Shown piece after piece: positions 13,815 through 27,876 of a stretch of DNA of 64,000 nt; the stretch's first letter is position 1; every line of letters starts with the position of its first letter. The stretch comes from Gordius albopunctatus. Its lineage: Eukaryota. The notes under the pieces are model-generated. The model ran no database searches. It was not told the origin of the DNA and saw only the letters and a program-made list of their open reading frames with translations. The position numbers and the translations under genes are program-made. Location: the NCBI GenBank assembly GCA_964276515.1, contig OZ193909.1, positions 20,894,001 through 20,958,000 on the forward strand, written 5' to 3'.

Positions 13815-14460
13815 TTAGGCTGTAAAATTTATATTTCGCCATGATTTCAAGCACATCATATCACGAATTGTAGTAGGTAATAACCTATTACGCCTCGCAG
13901 TTAAAATATTTCCGGCCATGGAAAACATCCGTTCACTTGGAACGGAGGTGGTGGACTGTGCCAAAAAATCTCTGGCCATTTTTCCCAATGCCAGGAACCG
14001 TGATTCATTTATCCTCCACCATTCTAATACTGTATTCGCTGCTAGAGGAATATCATTTTCATATTCATTCATTTCGCCAGCATAATCAACACAGGACTCT
14101 GTTGGACTAAATGCGTCATTAAAATATTATATAAAAATTTATTTACCTCCTTAAACGATTCAAAATGGCTGAGGTGTAATCGTCTTCTTTACGAGCAATC
14201 CCATCATGGAAACGAAATCTTTCATTTGATTTATAAATATTATGTAAATTCACCAGCTTTTCATAATTTTCTAATAAAATATTAAAAATTATTAAATGAT
14301 TAAAATAGAGGTACCTGTAGTATTTATCGTGTTTAATTGCTTATTCTCATCTACAGTCATTTTTTTGAGCCAACTAGGCTATTTTGTTCATCACGTTTAT
14401 CTACATCTATCTCAGGGTGCGTTGTTGAGAGGTGTCTCCTTAAAGTTGCTATATAATTAA
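13815..14460 (-). mobile_element. Decayed hAT transposase remnant
   Basis: WW..NESRF..LGKMARDFLAQSTTSVPSERMFS dimerisation domain; LRRHLSTTHP BED-like piece near 14420-14450. Confidence 0.7.
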
Positions 14461-14965
14461 AAAAAATATTTTTTAGAATAAGATAAATAAATATTTGAAA
14501 AACTTTTTGATTTTTAGCTGTTAAAAATATATCATTAGCTGAATAAATTGTAACGAGTGAAAATGGATTTTTTATTTCAAACTTATCCTAGTTTTAAATT
14601 ATGAATAATAACCAAATTTTTCAAAATTTGAGATGATTAAGGGGGAAGGGAAGGGGGAACAAAACTCATCTATACTCTGCATAGACGTAGCATATTTTCT
14701 ATGCAATTTATGGGCGAGAAAGGTGGGAAGGGACGAGAATGCCTTAAGGGGGGTATTAAATGCAAAATAATTGGACTGACGGGCATAGGGTAAATATCAA
14801 TGTTAACCAATTCCAACGCAAAAGAAATTAAAATTTCGATTCACAATTTGGTCAATGGTTATTTTTACCATTGGTCAGTAGCCAGGGCATGGTCAAAAAG
14901 TCATATTATCGATGTTATTAACAAGAACAATATATAAATTTAATTTAAAAAAAAATAAAAAAAAT

Positions 14966-15030
14966 TTGTCCTCTCCGGGGATTGAACTCAAACCGCCAAG
15001 TCAGAAAGCCGGTGTAAATACATTGGAGGG
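14966..15030 (-). other. tRNA-derived (SINE-head-like) remnant
   Basis: Minus strand contains B-box-like GAGTTCAATCCCCGGAGAGGACA; 5' half does not form a convincing cloverleaf. Confidence 0.3.
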
Positions 15031-15254
15031 TAACGGACGGACGGACGGACACCAAAAAACGTGCCCATAAATTGATTAATAGTTATACGAGGTTAAAAAA
15101 TGGGTTCAAATAATTATGTTTATAAATACTAATCTTTCTATAAACAAATTTCATTTAGCGATTTGGTGCTGGAAATTTAGAAAGAAATTAGGATTGAACT
15201 ATTTCAGATTATAAGTTTTACCGAAAACAGTTGAATATAATTATTAACAACATT

Positions 15255-15490
15255 ATCTAATATTGTACTTATAGAAGTGGTGCTAGAGTATCGCCGCTCG
15301 CAATGTAAGCAGGTTTTGTGAGATTTTGTCGGGGTGAATTTAAATTTCATATGCACTAGACTTCTTCTTTGTGATGTTTCTAATGTTGGCGTAAAATATA
15401 AATATGCCTACAAATTATGCATAATCTTACCAAATGATTTTCATTATCCGGAGAATTTGAATCATTAAAAGAGGTAGATTGAGAATCCAT
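15255..15490 (-). mobile_element. BED zinc-finger transposase 5' remnant
   Basis: Minus strand reads RSLVHMKFKFTPTKSHKTCLHCERRYSSTTSISTILD. Confidence 0.4.
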
Positions 15491-15590
15491 TTTATTATAA
15501 ATATTTATGCGTGTTTGTTTATAAAAAAATATATAAAAAATTAAGCGTGATATTGAGAGTAAGAGGGGAATCGAAAGGGCGAAGGAAAAT

Positions 15591-16612
15591 AGGAATAAGG
15601 TCACCCTTGAGCATTAGCCTAGTTGCCTTTCTCTCGTCTTACAATTTAGTGAAAGATCTCGTTTTTAAATTGACCACCCATACGAAAGATTTCTTAACGC
15701 AAACAGCTTTAACATCATGGCTTGAAAATGTAATGCCAGGAACCATTATTCCAAATTCAGTCAAACAACGAGACTGGGATGCCAATATAGTGTCACGCTC
15801 CGTCGCTTACCTACTTTCGAGTTGTGACGCCGTACACCACTTCAATCTCAGGTCACTAACGACTGACTCTGGTCACGAATGGCTGGAATGCATTCCGAGC
15901 AAGTTCTCTGGGCTCTTACTCTCAAACCCCGAAATTACTTACGCGATCGCCTTGAGACTGGGGATCCCAATTTGCAAGCAATTGACTTGTAAAAATTGTA
16001 AGAAACAAATTGATGTTTGGGCCCATCACCCCTTACATTGTAAACTCAACAAATTCCGTTTCATTCGCCATCAAAAGATCAATATTTTGATCCAAACCGC
16101 TTTACTAAAAGCCGGCTTCCCTTCCATTCTCGAACCATCAGAACCCACTCTTGAGGGTAGAATGCGTCCCGATGGAACATCCACAATTCCATGGGGTGAT
16201 GATAAGTTCCTATCTTGGGACTTTACCTGCATCGACGTATTTGCACCCTCTAACAATAAAGCTGACCCACTAGCTCTAGCGGAAACACGCAAAACCAATG
16301 AATACCGTGATATAATCCCTTCTAAAATTTTTATCCCTATCGTGGCTTCCTGTTCCGCTAATTTTGGCAAACAGGCATTAGCTTTTTTTAAATTGATAGG
16401 AAAGAGATCTCCCGAAGGAAAATACTCCGCAAACTTTCTTTTGCGCCAAAAAATAGGAATTTTAATAGCCAAATACAACTATAAGGCATTTTCCGACACC
16501 TGGCCTCTGGCCCTCGATGAAGAGTAGCCACGCCTTTTATCTATTTATTGATCGTGTTTTATATTTTTATTATATATAGACTTCACCTAATAAAGATTTA
16601 TATTTAAAAAAA
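15591..16612 (+). mobile_element. 5'-truncated CRE-like non-LTR retrotransposon
   Basis: CKNC..HPLHC, RHQ, RPDG, WDFTC; AATAAA and A-tail at about 16590-16612; near-identical to the reverse complement of 44380-45280. Confidence 0.88.
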
Positions 16613-18960
16613 TTTCAAATGGCATGGCATATTTTAATTTTAGAGAGAAGTAAATGAGTCATCATCTCATGGCATTGTAAAAACGGCTGGCTGGTTTTTC
16701 CCAACGTATTGCTAAGCTTAGTTGTTGGCGTTTTTTTTCACCCAGCCTTTTCAGTGTTAGGTGAATTTTCTTGGGAGGGCTTTGGCGTTTTCGTAAAAAA
16801 AACCCAAAGCGTTTTGGGTGAATTTTTGTGGGCCACCTTTGGCGTTTAGGTTTGGGTGGATTAAACACCTAAAGGGTTTGGGTGGATAATATTATTAACC
16901 TTTTGGTTTGGTCTTGGTCGTTTTGGGTTGGGCATGCAAATATATCAATTTGTTTGTATTGTTATCATATTTGCTGTATTTAGATTTAGGTAATGAACTT
17001 TTAATTTAAGAAAATAAAAATAGATGCATCATGACGTCACTCCCATTGTGACGTCATAATGGAAAGTATTATAATCGAATCTCTAGTAAATTATTATGCT
17101 TTATAGAATATGTTTTATTTATGAATTTATTTTTATTTTTTACCCATTTTTCACCTGGGAAAGAACGGCGGGCAGATGGAGTGACCCCCCCTCTTATTTT
17201 TTACCCTCTTTCTCACCCAGGGGGGGGTGGCCGGAAAGCCCTTTTTAACCCTTTCAAAATATTTTTGTGAATTTTTGCGGTTACAGTGGTGACTAATGTC
17301 ATAATCAACATTTTCTATTAATATTTTTTTTTGAAAATAGTCTTATATTAGAAAAAATATTTTTGAAGATTTGCGGTCAACAATTGTCTTAATATACCAT
17401 ATCAATTAAAATCAATTTTTTTAATTTAACTTCATTTAAGAAATAAGCTGTATTATTAAATATAATATTTATATGAAGTTTTACCAATTTAAAAAAATTT
17501 GCCATCATGGGTAAGTTTTATTGTTGGGCATTTAATGGAAACACCTAAGGTATTAGCAAAAAGCATATCATGCTATTAATTACTATGCTTTCATAAGACA
17601 CCAACACTCTATGTACTGTTGACTTAGACCTCGCGTTTACAATACTTATAAAAATATAGGACTTTTCTGAGTACCAAAAATGAGTTATGCATCTTAATTT
17701 AAATTATTGCTTATTATTTAATAAGAAACCTAATTTTCTAATTGCTTATGACTTAATTAGTGGTTGACATAAACATAAGAAAAAGCATCATTTTCATCCA
17801 TATTCATAGTAGAGTTAGAGTCTAAATCGTAACAATTATTAGAAATTTTATACGTTAAAAAAGAAATGAATGTAAAATGATATAATAAAGAGCCTAGCCA
17901 GCCCACGCCCCACCATGCCGCCTTGTTGTGCCATGATTTATATATTTAGTTTAGTACTTAACTTAAATCTGATAGGTTTAAATCTGGTATTGCACATTGC
18001 AACGAGAGAAGGGAGAGAGAGGGTGGATTAGTACATGGGGGTGGTGATGGTATCTTTTCAATTGACAAAAGTTCATTTGTAAAAATCTCTAAATATCTAA
18101 ACTCCCGCGAATTTTAAATTTTTCAAGTGAGTGTATGAAAAATATGAATACACTAGAGTGAATGGTAGCAAGGATCATAGGGAGTACTATAAATGTAGAG
18201 CTAGCCATTGTGTAGGTCGTGGTGTTTTATATAATGCAAATTTTATAATAGCACACCCGCACGATGAGATCCCACACAAAGGTAACATGTATAATTGTTA
18301 GCACTTATATATGATATAGCTTATAAAAATCATGGGTGCATTGCTGATCCTCTGCACCAATTCACCACCTCCAGATCTCATAGTTGTAAGTCTATTTATG
18401 AACATTATATCATTTATCTAGATTGTTTATCAATTCCAGCTATAATTCCTAACCCGGTACAAGCACAAGCCTCATCCTTCACCATCTCCACATCTCGTAA
18501 TTGTAAGATAATTTGTTAAAATATCTGCTTTTAATACTTTGTAACAAAATTACCTTAAAATATCTCTTCAAACTCCCCTTGATTGTCTAAAATACCTATT
18601 GCAGATGAAATAGCTAAGAGTATAGAGAAATTTAAACAGTATGAGTTAAGACCAATATTAACTTTTTTTGCCTTAAAAAATAAAAGGCCCAAAATTGCAT
18701 AAGTTTGAACATCTCTATTTTTTTGTATTTATATTTAGTTTAAACTTTCTTTTATATCATCCTATTGATTAAACCATAAAATAAAATATATTTTTTGGGT
18801 ATGAGCTAAAATATTCAAGGAAAAATTTTGGGGGTTGCTCTAATTATAGTTTTAAAATTTAAACCACTTGATCAATTAGCCAAATTAATATATTAATGAA
18901 CGTATAAGAGTGTAAATATTATTCTTGTAAATTTTGACAAGTTTATATAGAAAAACATGT

Positions 18961-19024
18961 TTGGGGTAATTATGACCCCAAAAACCATCCGTTAGCATTT
19001 TTGACCCAACCTACGAAGGGTTAA
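18961..19024. mobile_element. Possible piggyBac-like terminus
   Basis: GGGGTAATTATGACCCC palindrome, then ...GAAGGG|TTAA; similar palindrome at 62863; partner end not found. Confidence 0.3.
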
Positions 19025-19707
19025 GTGTTAATTAAAATTACAAATGATAAATAACAATATATTAAAACCTTCAAATAAACTTATTGCTGTAGCGCGCCTT
19101 TTCCCACACTCGCTATCTCCTTGATTTTCCCACACTCTCAACCATTAATTATCTCATTAGTTAATTCCCTCTTAGTTTTTAGATGTTAGGAATACATCAT
19201 CGATCATTTTAGTTTTGTATTTTTAAAAAAGTTGACCTTCGTATATTTTAACAAATCCACTTATTATTCTCACGTTATTCCCTATATATTGACAATTTAT
19301 TGCATATATCGGGTTCTTGCTTTTTTCGCATATAATTCTTCTTGCTATTTTCCATTCTTGTAATCGAAGCTATAAAACTTATCATTTAATAAAGGCTCCA
19401 TCGTTGATGCAGAAAACATGATTGATGAAGTGCAACGAGTACAAAGCCTTCAGCAAAGTAATTATTCTTTCAATATTAAATAATATTCCCTTTTTTAGAT
19501 ATGCGATTTGTACCCTCCCGCAAAGGTACCCTTCTGTATTTCAGGGACTTATTGTAAAACAACTAGAACCTTGTCTGCTACATACTATCGATGTAGGACT
19601 CGAACTTGCCCTGGTAGGGCTAGAATTACAACCTCCCCAGAAGTTAACATGGTCATAATCATGAGCAATCGAGGGAGGACTATGAATTTTTAATTACAGT
19701 CAGGGAT

Positions 19708-20690
19708 TTAAAGGATGCGGTGCTGGCAGAGCCACGGGAGAAGCTGAGGAAAATTTATCATAGAATTATTGTACATATATACAGAAATATTGTCAATAAA
19801 TTCATATACATCAATTTCGTTAAATCTATATTGATTTATCAATCGATTTATATTGGTGTTAATATTGCAATATTTCTTGCTGGTAGCAAACACCTGCTTA
19901 CCTTGAGAAATATGCAATATATTAATTTCCGTCATAGCCTGTTGCTTCCGTAAGAATTCAATAAAATTATAAATAACGGGGTGGGCCTGGCCAACAAGGC
20001 ATTTAATGATGTTATGAAACCCCTCCAAATGATTGTTTGTACGGGGTCCCACAGCATTAAACCTTTGCCAAATCTCATACGGAAAAGTGGCGGTTGACCA
20101 GACCCAGGTACGGTGTATATATTGGAAAAAGTCTTCCATTTTCTCGTTAGAGCGAACGAGAGGGTCAGAAGCACATAATCAAAAAACATATAGCACATCG
20201 TGTTGTCTTAAAAATGGAAGGGCTAAAGCGCGCCGTACCAATTTTTTGAAATGTTGATTTTCATTGTACTCGGACCGTATTCCCTCATGCCCAAGTCTTC
20301 GAAAAATAGCTTGGGCAAAATGGAATAAACATCCTAAATTAAGTATATGTTATTTAATAAATTAAAAACCTTTCACTGAAACGCATGGAAAACATTCTCT
20401 GAGGGCTTGTATACAAGCCATTTCAAAGTCAACCTGTACATAATTTGGTTGTAACACAAAATTATGCTCAAGGCATAACTCCTTTAATTTGTTGAAAACC
20501 ATTTTATAGGTTTCGCAGGATTTGTCGGGTAACAGGGCATACACGACGGGAATCATGTGTCCCCGGTAAAAAGTTTGGATTGTATAGACCTATAAATTAA
20601 AAGTTAATATTAAAAACTGCTATTACTTGGCTAAACAATGGCGGGCATACATAATATGTGCCATCCGAGTAAAGATTCCCGGATGTACAC
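19708..20690 (-). mobile_element. Mutator (MULE) transposase fragment with short introns
   Basis: DGTYYVCPPLFSQ|VYTI, YALLPDK, DFEMA, KG|CLFHFAQ, RTNNHLEGFHN; introns 20590-20626 and 20334-20369; 5' part replaced by a Gypsy remnant. Confidence 0.85.
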
Positions 20691-20905
20691 ATAATCTTTA
20701 GAGACGTGGGTGTCCACAACAACATGGCCAGCATTTTGGCGATCTGTGCAAGTGACCAGACTTTAGTCAAGCTAGCTGAAACAGCTAATAAAATCGCGGA
20801 AACGTACCATACGGCGCAAATATCCAACGTCGCCCTGGCCACACAGAGATGAAGCAATGATATTGAGACGCTCAGAGACATGGTCAATAGACTGAGCGTG
20901 GGCAT

Positions 20906-21087
20906 CAGAGGTCAGATTTGTTACAATTTTTCTGTCCGAACCCGGCCCGGCCCGATTTTATAATTAATCTGCCCGCCCGAACCTTTTTATGTGTCCGCCC
21001 GGCACTGCCCGAATCATCCCAGCTGCCCGAACTGCCAGGACCGAAATGGTGTATTTTAAACAGCGTGCCGGGAAAATCTGGTCTCTG
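20906..21087. mobile_element. hAT-type MITE
   Basis: TIR CAGAG(GT/AC)CAGATTT; 8-bp TSD GTGGGCAT / GTGAGCAT; same left end at 38307 and 39173. Confidence 0.85.
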
Positions 21088-22653
21088 GTGAGCATCGAGA
21101 CATTACTGCAAGAGGTCAGTCAAAAAATTGTTTTCAGTCGAGAAGTAGGTCTACATCAAGAGGATTTCGATTCCCGTGTCAACCCCGCGCAGACATTCCC
21201 CAGGATTGATGTTAGTATCACCAAAGATATAAGGAAAAGGCCACTAAATGCCGACAGCCTTGCAATTATACCCCGCTTTCCTCGTCAAACCCATAGGCCT
21301 ACCATATCCGCGACACCTCGTTCAGGTCATTGCATCCGTCGCTTATTTTTTATATACGATAAATCAACCAAATTTCGTTTTTAATAGACACGGGCGCGGA
21401 ACTCAGTGTCATACCACCCCCACGTAACTACCTTCTCACCCCCTCACACATCTTCCTCGAAGCTGCAAATAATAGTTCCATACTGACCTATGGCCAGAAA
21501 TCAATGGAACTAGACCTTAGGTTACGGAGAAGTTTTCAATGGGTTTTTACCATCGCCGACGTTAAGACACCTATCATCGGGGCTGATTTTTTAAATCATT
21601 ATAACCCTTTCGTTGATATACGGCGTAAATGTTTGTTAGACCCTAAGACTACTTTAAAGTATTATGGGCGATATATTGACTCGAACTTGTATAATTTACA
21701 ACTCGCAATAAAGATTGATTCACCATATTTTAAAAATGTGTTGAAAGAGTTCCCCTATATTTATACCTCTCCAAACTACAGGTCACGCGTAAGCCACCAA
21801 GTAGTCCCCCACATACGTACACTAGAACCATCCTTTTATGCCAGACCTAGACGCTTAGACCTTGTCAAGCTAGAAACTGCCAAACAGGAGTTTGCTCACA
21901 TGCTCGAACTCGGCATAATTCAACCCTCAGAAAGCTCCTGGAGTTCTCCATTGCACATGGTTCCGAAAAAAAAAACTCCCGGAGATTGGCGACAGTGTGG
22001 AGAATACCGAACCCTTAACGTTATAACGATACCGGATCGTTACCCCTTGCCACACCTGCACGATTTTTTACTCAACCTAGCCGGCACAACCATCTATACA
22101 AAAATAGATCTAGTCAGGGCTTACCATCAAATACCCGTAGCCTTGGAAGACATCGCAAAGACTGCAATAATCACATCTTTCGGTCTTTATAAATTTTTGT
22201 GAATGCCTTTTGGTTTACAAAATTCTGCTCAAACATTTCAACGCTTCATTGACCAAGCTCTCCGTGGTCTCAATTTCGCCTTCGCATATTTGGACGATAT
22301 TTTGATCGCAAGTACATCAACTAGTTAACATTTAGACCACTTACGTCAGGTTTTTACACGATTAAGAAAGATCAACCTGGACAAGTACCAATGGGGATGT
22401 TCTTCTCTGGATTTCCTAGGACATCACGTTTCCCCACAAGGTTTAACGCATAAACCGGAGAAGATCTCAGCCATCAAGAATTTTGCCACCCCGACCACTA
22501 TGACACAACTATGTCATTTCGTGGGAATGATAAATTCTTATAGGCGTTTTATACCCAATGCACTCTTTCTATAACTATAACGTGGAACACAGTTAGTAAT
22601 TTGTACTCAATTAAATGTTTATTCAAATTAGGTCATATGTTCAATATACAAAA

Positions 22654-25122
22654 TTTTTTTTTGATTAAAATGCTTTTATTCGCTAATATTGGTACATGAA
22701 ATATACAATAAACGGGCTTAAAATAATATTATGAATAATAATAAAAAAATTATTCATCACAATCGTCAATAGCCAACACGGGCCATGTGTCAGAAAAAGA
22801 TTTGTAATTATATTTAGCTATCAGAATGCCGATTTTTTGGCGTAAAATAAAGCTGGGTGAGTATTTAGCTTTGGGGGATCTGTTTCCTATCGATTTAAAA
22901 AACGCTAATGCTTTTTTGCCAAAAGTGGCCGAACAGGAAGCTACTATTGGAATAAAAATCTTAGAATGAGCAATGGCTCGGTATTTGAGTGTTTTGCGAT
23001 CTTCGGCACAAGAAAGTGGGTTATAATTATTATTAGTTGGTGCAAAAATATTGATGCAGGTAAATTCCCATGCTAGGAACTTATCATCCTCCTAGGGGAT
23101 CATAGAAGCTCCGTCGGGACGCATTCTACCTTCTAAAGAAGGATCGGATGGTTCAAGGATGGAAGGAGTGCCGGCCTTTTTAAAAGCCGTTTGGATTAAA
23201 AGGTTTATATTTTGATGTCGGATAAAGCGATATTTGTTTAACTTGCAATGAAGTTGGTCATGAGCCCAGATATTTATTTCCTTATTGCAATTTTTGCAGG
23301 GATATCCTATGGTAACTTTAATACCTAGGCGGAGAGCTATTGCATACGAAACTTCTGGATTTGAAAGCAAAAGTCCTGAGTGTTTACTTGGGATACATTA
23401 AAGCCATTCGTAACCAGAGTCGGCCGTAAGTGACCTGAGATTAAAATGCTGCACAGTATCACAAATCGAAAGTAGGTATGCGACAGAGCGCGATACTATA
23501 CTGGCATCCCAATCTCGTTGTTTGACCGACTCCGGAAGACTGGTTCCTGGTATGACGTTCACATGCCAAGACAATATGGCCAATTCCGTTAAAAAATCAT
23601 TTGATTGAGAGGTTAATTCAAAAACAAGATCCTTCACAGATTTAAAGGACGAGAGAAAAGCCACAAGGGAAATAGTGAGTGGGGACATAATTCCTAAGCC
23701 CCCAAATTTGGTTGGAAGGGTGGCCTGCAGCCAGCTGGTATTATCAAAATGTAGATTCAAAATTTTTTCAAGGAGGTCGTTAACTGTAGATTCATATACT
23801 CTTAAAATATCTGTATGTAAAAAAGCTGCAGCTGATCTAAAACAGTGCTGAATTTTGGAGATGTTTAAAAAGTTTTTTATCATAAAAAAAACTTGATGTC
23901 TAGGTAGTAGTTTTAAAAGATTAAATTTTGAGGCCAAAAGGGCTAAATTCTTGTTTAAAAAGCTTTGTAAACAGGGAGATCCACCTATTGGCGAGCCGAG
24001 CATTGATAGATTTTCTTTATTCACAATGGAATATGTTTTAAATATGGAATTTTGATCAAAGTTAGGGGGTTGTGAAACTTCGCATTTAGCATCATTAAGT
24101 GTTAGATTTAGGGATCTACAAAAGTCTTTATATTAATTGCTTTGGTTACTTCTGCATGGCTGCCTGCCAAAGTTGCATCATCAAGATACCATACATGTAA
24201 TGAAAGGTTACACTGGTTATTGATTTGATTTATTAGTTTTTGTTTGCCGCAACAAAATAATGGGGGTCCTAATGGATCACCTTGTTGAAGGCCTTCTGCG
24301 GATTTGATTACAAAGGAGCCATATTTCAAAAGGGATGGGCATCCATAACTTAACAGAATATAGTTGGAGTATTGTGGAAAGTCTTCTAAAATATTCTCCA
24401 TAAAAACATTTCTATTAAGTTGGTTAAAAGCATTAGTGAAGTCTAGTTTGACTAGACAGTGGTCGGGAGGGTAAATTTTGTAGGGTGATCCGACCTGCAT
24501 GGCAAGCAGCCTCACATCCTCTCTTAACACCAAAGACTAATTGATGAGGTGTTAGGGTATTGGACAATGCTGGTTTTATACGTTTACAAATTATTTTAGA
24601 TATTATCCTGCGGAATACATTCCCAATGGCTATTGGCCTTAGGGAGTTATTGGGTTTTTTTAAAGCTAAAAGTCGAGCTCCAAAAAGAACTGGCCTAATT
24701 CCTTGGGGGATATTTGCATTGATAATTAGGTTGCAGAGGAGGGTTAAAGAATCAAGTAGAGAACTTTAATTATTATTCCTTAAATTTATTAGGTCTTGCA
24801 GGAAGTTAGGTTTTATGCCATCTAGTCCTGCTGCAGAATCAAGGGGAAATGAATTAATAGCTTCACTGATTTCTCGGGAGGATAAAATCAACGAAGAAGT
24901 ACTGTTTGGGTATTTAAATGCATGTTGAGATATGGTTTGTAATATATGAATCTGGATAGTGTGATTATTATAGAACTCATTTAAAGCTCCTCTCAAGTTG
25001 TAAAAATTAGGTTTTTTGAGATTCTATTTGCTTTCTGTTGTAAGGATGTGTCTATAATTGATGTTTGTTTAATTGGTGTGGGATGGCATAAACCATTATT
25101 GAGATTTAAAATTGCATCTTTG
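22654..25122 (-). mobile_element. 5'-truncated CRE-like non-LTR retrotransposon flanked by a 146-bp direct repeat
   Basis: RT motifs LDFTNAFN, QQGDPLGP, YLDD; RLE region; poly-A (T-run 22654-22662); flanking repeats 22507-22652 and 25123-25268. Confidence 0.9.
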
Positions 25123-26339
25123 AACTACGTCGTTTCGTGGGAATGATAAATTTTTATAGGCGTTTTATACCCAATGCACTCCTTCTATAACTATAACGTG
25201 GAACATAGTTAGTAATTTGTACTCAATTAAATGTTTATTCAAATTAGGTCATATGTTCAATATGCAAATTGTATGCACTAGGTATACCGAACATATCTTT
25301 CGTTAATACAAATATTACAACAACCACTGACTGATTTCCTCATCGACGCAAAAAGACTTTTGGACATGACGCAGAGCGCACACGATGCATTCCACAAGAT
25401 TAAAATAATGCTCGATGAAATTTCGACCCTTAATAATTTAGTGGATGACGCCAACATTTCTATTTCAACCGACGCGTCAAACTCTGCGATTGGAGCCGTT
25501 TTACATCAGATCGTAAAAGGGGAAATTAGTCCTTTATCCTTTTTCTCCATTCGGGAGAGAACTGCTAGCAATTTATCTTTCAATTAAACACTACCGACAT
25601 ATTTTAGAAGGTCGCGATTTTACAATTTTTACTGATCACAAACCGTTAACTCACGCTCTCATTTCTAAATCCGATAAATACTCGCCGCGCGAAATACGAC
25701 GATTAGACTATATCTCCCAATTTACTTCAGATATACAGTTTATTAAAGGTAAAGCGAATATAGTAGCAGACACTATGTCCCGAATCGATATCGATTCCAT
25801 ACAACAACCAAACTCCATCCAACAACCAAAGACATCACTCACAGAAAGAATTTCTATGACACAAAAACAAGAACAATATCAACTAGAAGAGCTCGAAAGC
25901 CTTAAACTGGAACAAGGAATTTAACTAATATGTGCGATACATGTACAATGACTTCGAGACCTTTAGTACCTAGGACGCTACGACGCATAGTTTTTAATCA
26001 ACTACATGGTCTTTCTCACCCAGCCTTACGTCCAACACTTAAACTAATTGCCCAACGTTTCGTCTGGCCAGGAATGAACAAAGATGTACGCGATTGGACA
26101 AAGCAATGCATGTCAAAAATGCAAGGTAAATAGACACGTAATATCAACCCCAGGCACGTTCGCTGAACCAGACTCAAGGTTAAGTCATTAAATCAAGTTG
26201 TCAATTCTGTTTCATTATCTGAGATGTATTTGGATTTGTTATTAATGGTTTTATTTTTATAGGAATAAAGGATACTAACAAATAATATTAATCTTCAAAA
26301 GTCAGGCCTTGATATTTTATTTACTAAAGTATTTATGTT

Positions 26340-26498
26340 CATGAGCATTGCGCAGGGGATGCAGGGAGGGGCGGCTGCCCCCCTCTTTATCCATAAAATC
26401 GTTAAAATATCATATAATGGCTAAAATGTGAAAAATTGTCATTTTGCCCATCCCTAAATTTTTGCCCCCCCCCAGTTCCAATCCTGGAGAAGCCCATG
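26340..26498. mobile_element. Short hAT-type MITE (CATGGGCGTAG-type family)
   Basis: CATG...CATG ends; perfect 8-bp TSD TTTATGTT. Confidence 0.75.
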
Positions 26499-27876
26499 TT
26501 TATGTTCACTAAAGTTAAGTTTTTTAATGGAGATGGCAAATTTTTGTAGCTAAAAAAATAGAAAAAGTATAGCACAAAAATGTATGTATAAAAATAATGG
26601 GTTAGTATACGCGGGTAATATATAAATAATATAAGACTAAAATGCACACAATCCAATTTTCAGTCCTAAGAAAACTATTTGAAAAATAAAATTTAAACAA
26701 AATATAGATGGCACTAAATCCATCCAACGATTCAAGATAAATAACCGTACTCACCATGTTTTAATCATTAAAATAGTTAAAACATAAGCTAAATCTAACT
26801 TACCTAAGAAATTTATAATACTAGCATAAAATCCGAACACTACTATTAAATATAAACAAAATAAAAGCATTATTTACAAGGCAACCATTCCCGACTATAT
26901 AATAATCACTATTTTTTGGACTAAATGTAAAAAGGGCTTCTGCCTACCATAGCAAACGGGTCCAATCTATTCTGGGCCACACCCATACCCTTGATCTGGT
27001 TAGAGCGTGTGGTTTTGAGAATAACACCCGTTCGGAATCGTCATCAAGAGATTTCGGAAGCGTAATTTTTGTCGTAAGTGGGTACAGTTGCTCGGACCAT
27101 TGTACATGTATGTATTACATACGGTCTGCACTTACCCCCGCATAACATTTAATTTAATTTTACTAAATAAATACTTAAATCTTTTTGTTCTTATGTTTTA
27201 AAATTTACTTAAAAAATGATTGTTTATTTTCGTTCATGGCCTAATTCTTATCTTCTGGCCCCTCACTAAGTAAACAAATTAGCAAACTTATGCAGAGTAA
27301 TCAGCTACATATATACCAGACCCAGTTCACATCACTTAGTGGTTAATTTTTTTGTTATTTTACCCAATAATTATTAGTTTTAAGTAACAAATTCATAAAT
27401 ATTTAAAGACTCATTTTAAATTTTCATGCTAATTGGAGTTAAATTGCAAAACTAATAAATAAAAGATGAAGAAAGGATGATAAATCATAGAATTAAACTT
27501 TTTCATATATTAGCCAATCACACAGTCTCAAATTACGAGAATACAATTATATAAAAAAGTTCCTTTGAAATTCCTAAATAAAAAGCGTAAATTAATAAAT
27601 ATTAACATGTGATTTTAACACCTCTTTCAGCTTTACAGAAAAAGTTTATTATAAAATTAATATGAATATTTGATTAGAGAGCATTATAACATAGGTGGCT
27701 TTCAGAAAGTTTTGACCCTCTAAAGAATACAAAATAAATCCATAAAAAACATGTATGATTTAACTTGTCTATAAAAACGCAATAAAACAGTTATAACGCG
27801 TAGTAATAAAAAGATGATTGATTTTAAAAAATGATTGTGTGTGGCTATTTTAAAACTTTTGCTTTTGTTTTCCTTT

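Larger units (their letters stand above)
20700..26190 (+). mobile_element. Decayed CsRn1-like Gypsy internal region (gag end, PR, RT, RNase H, start of IN), interrupted by a MITE and a CRE element
   Basis: MASILAI..KLAETANKI gag piece, [34 protein letters not shown]; many stops and frameshifts; no LTRs seen. Confidence 0.88.

Noticed and set aside
14966..15030. Functional tRNA gene
   Set aside because: B-box-like motif only; acceptor and D arms not recoverable.
26927..27147. Possible solo LTR (TGT...ACA)
   Set aside because: No TSD and no second copy in the window.
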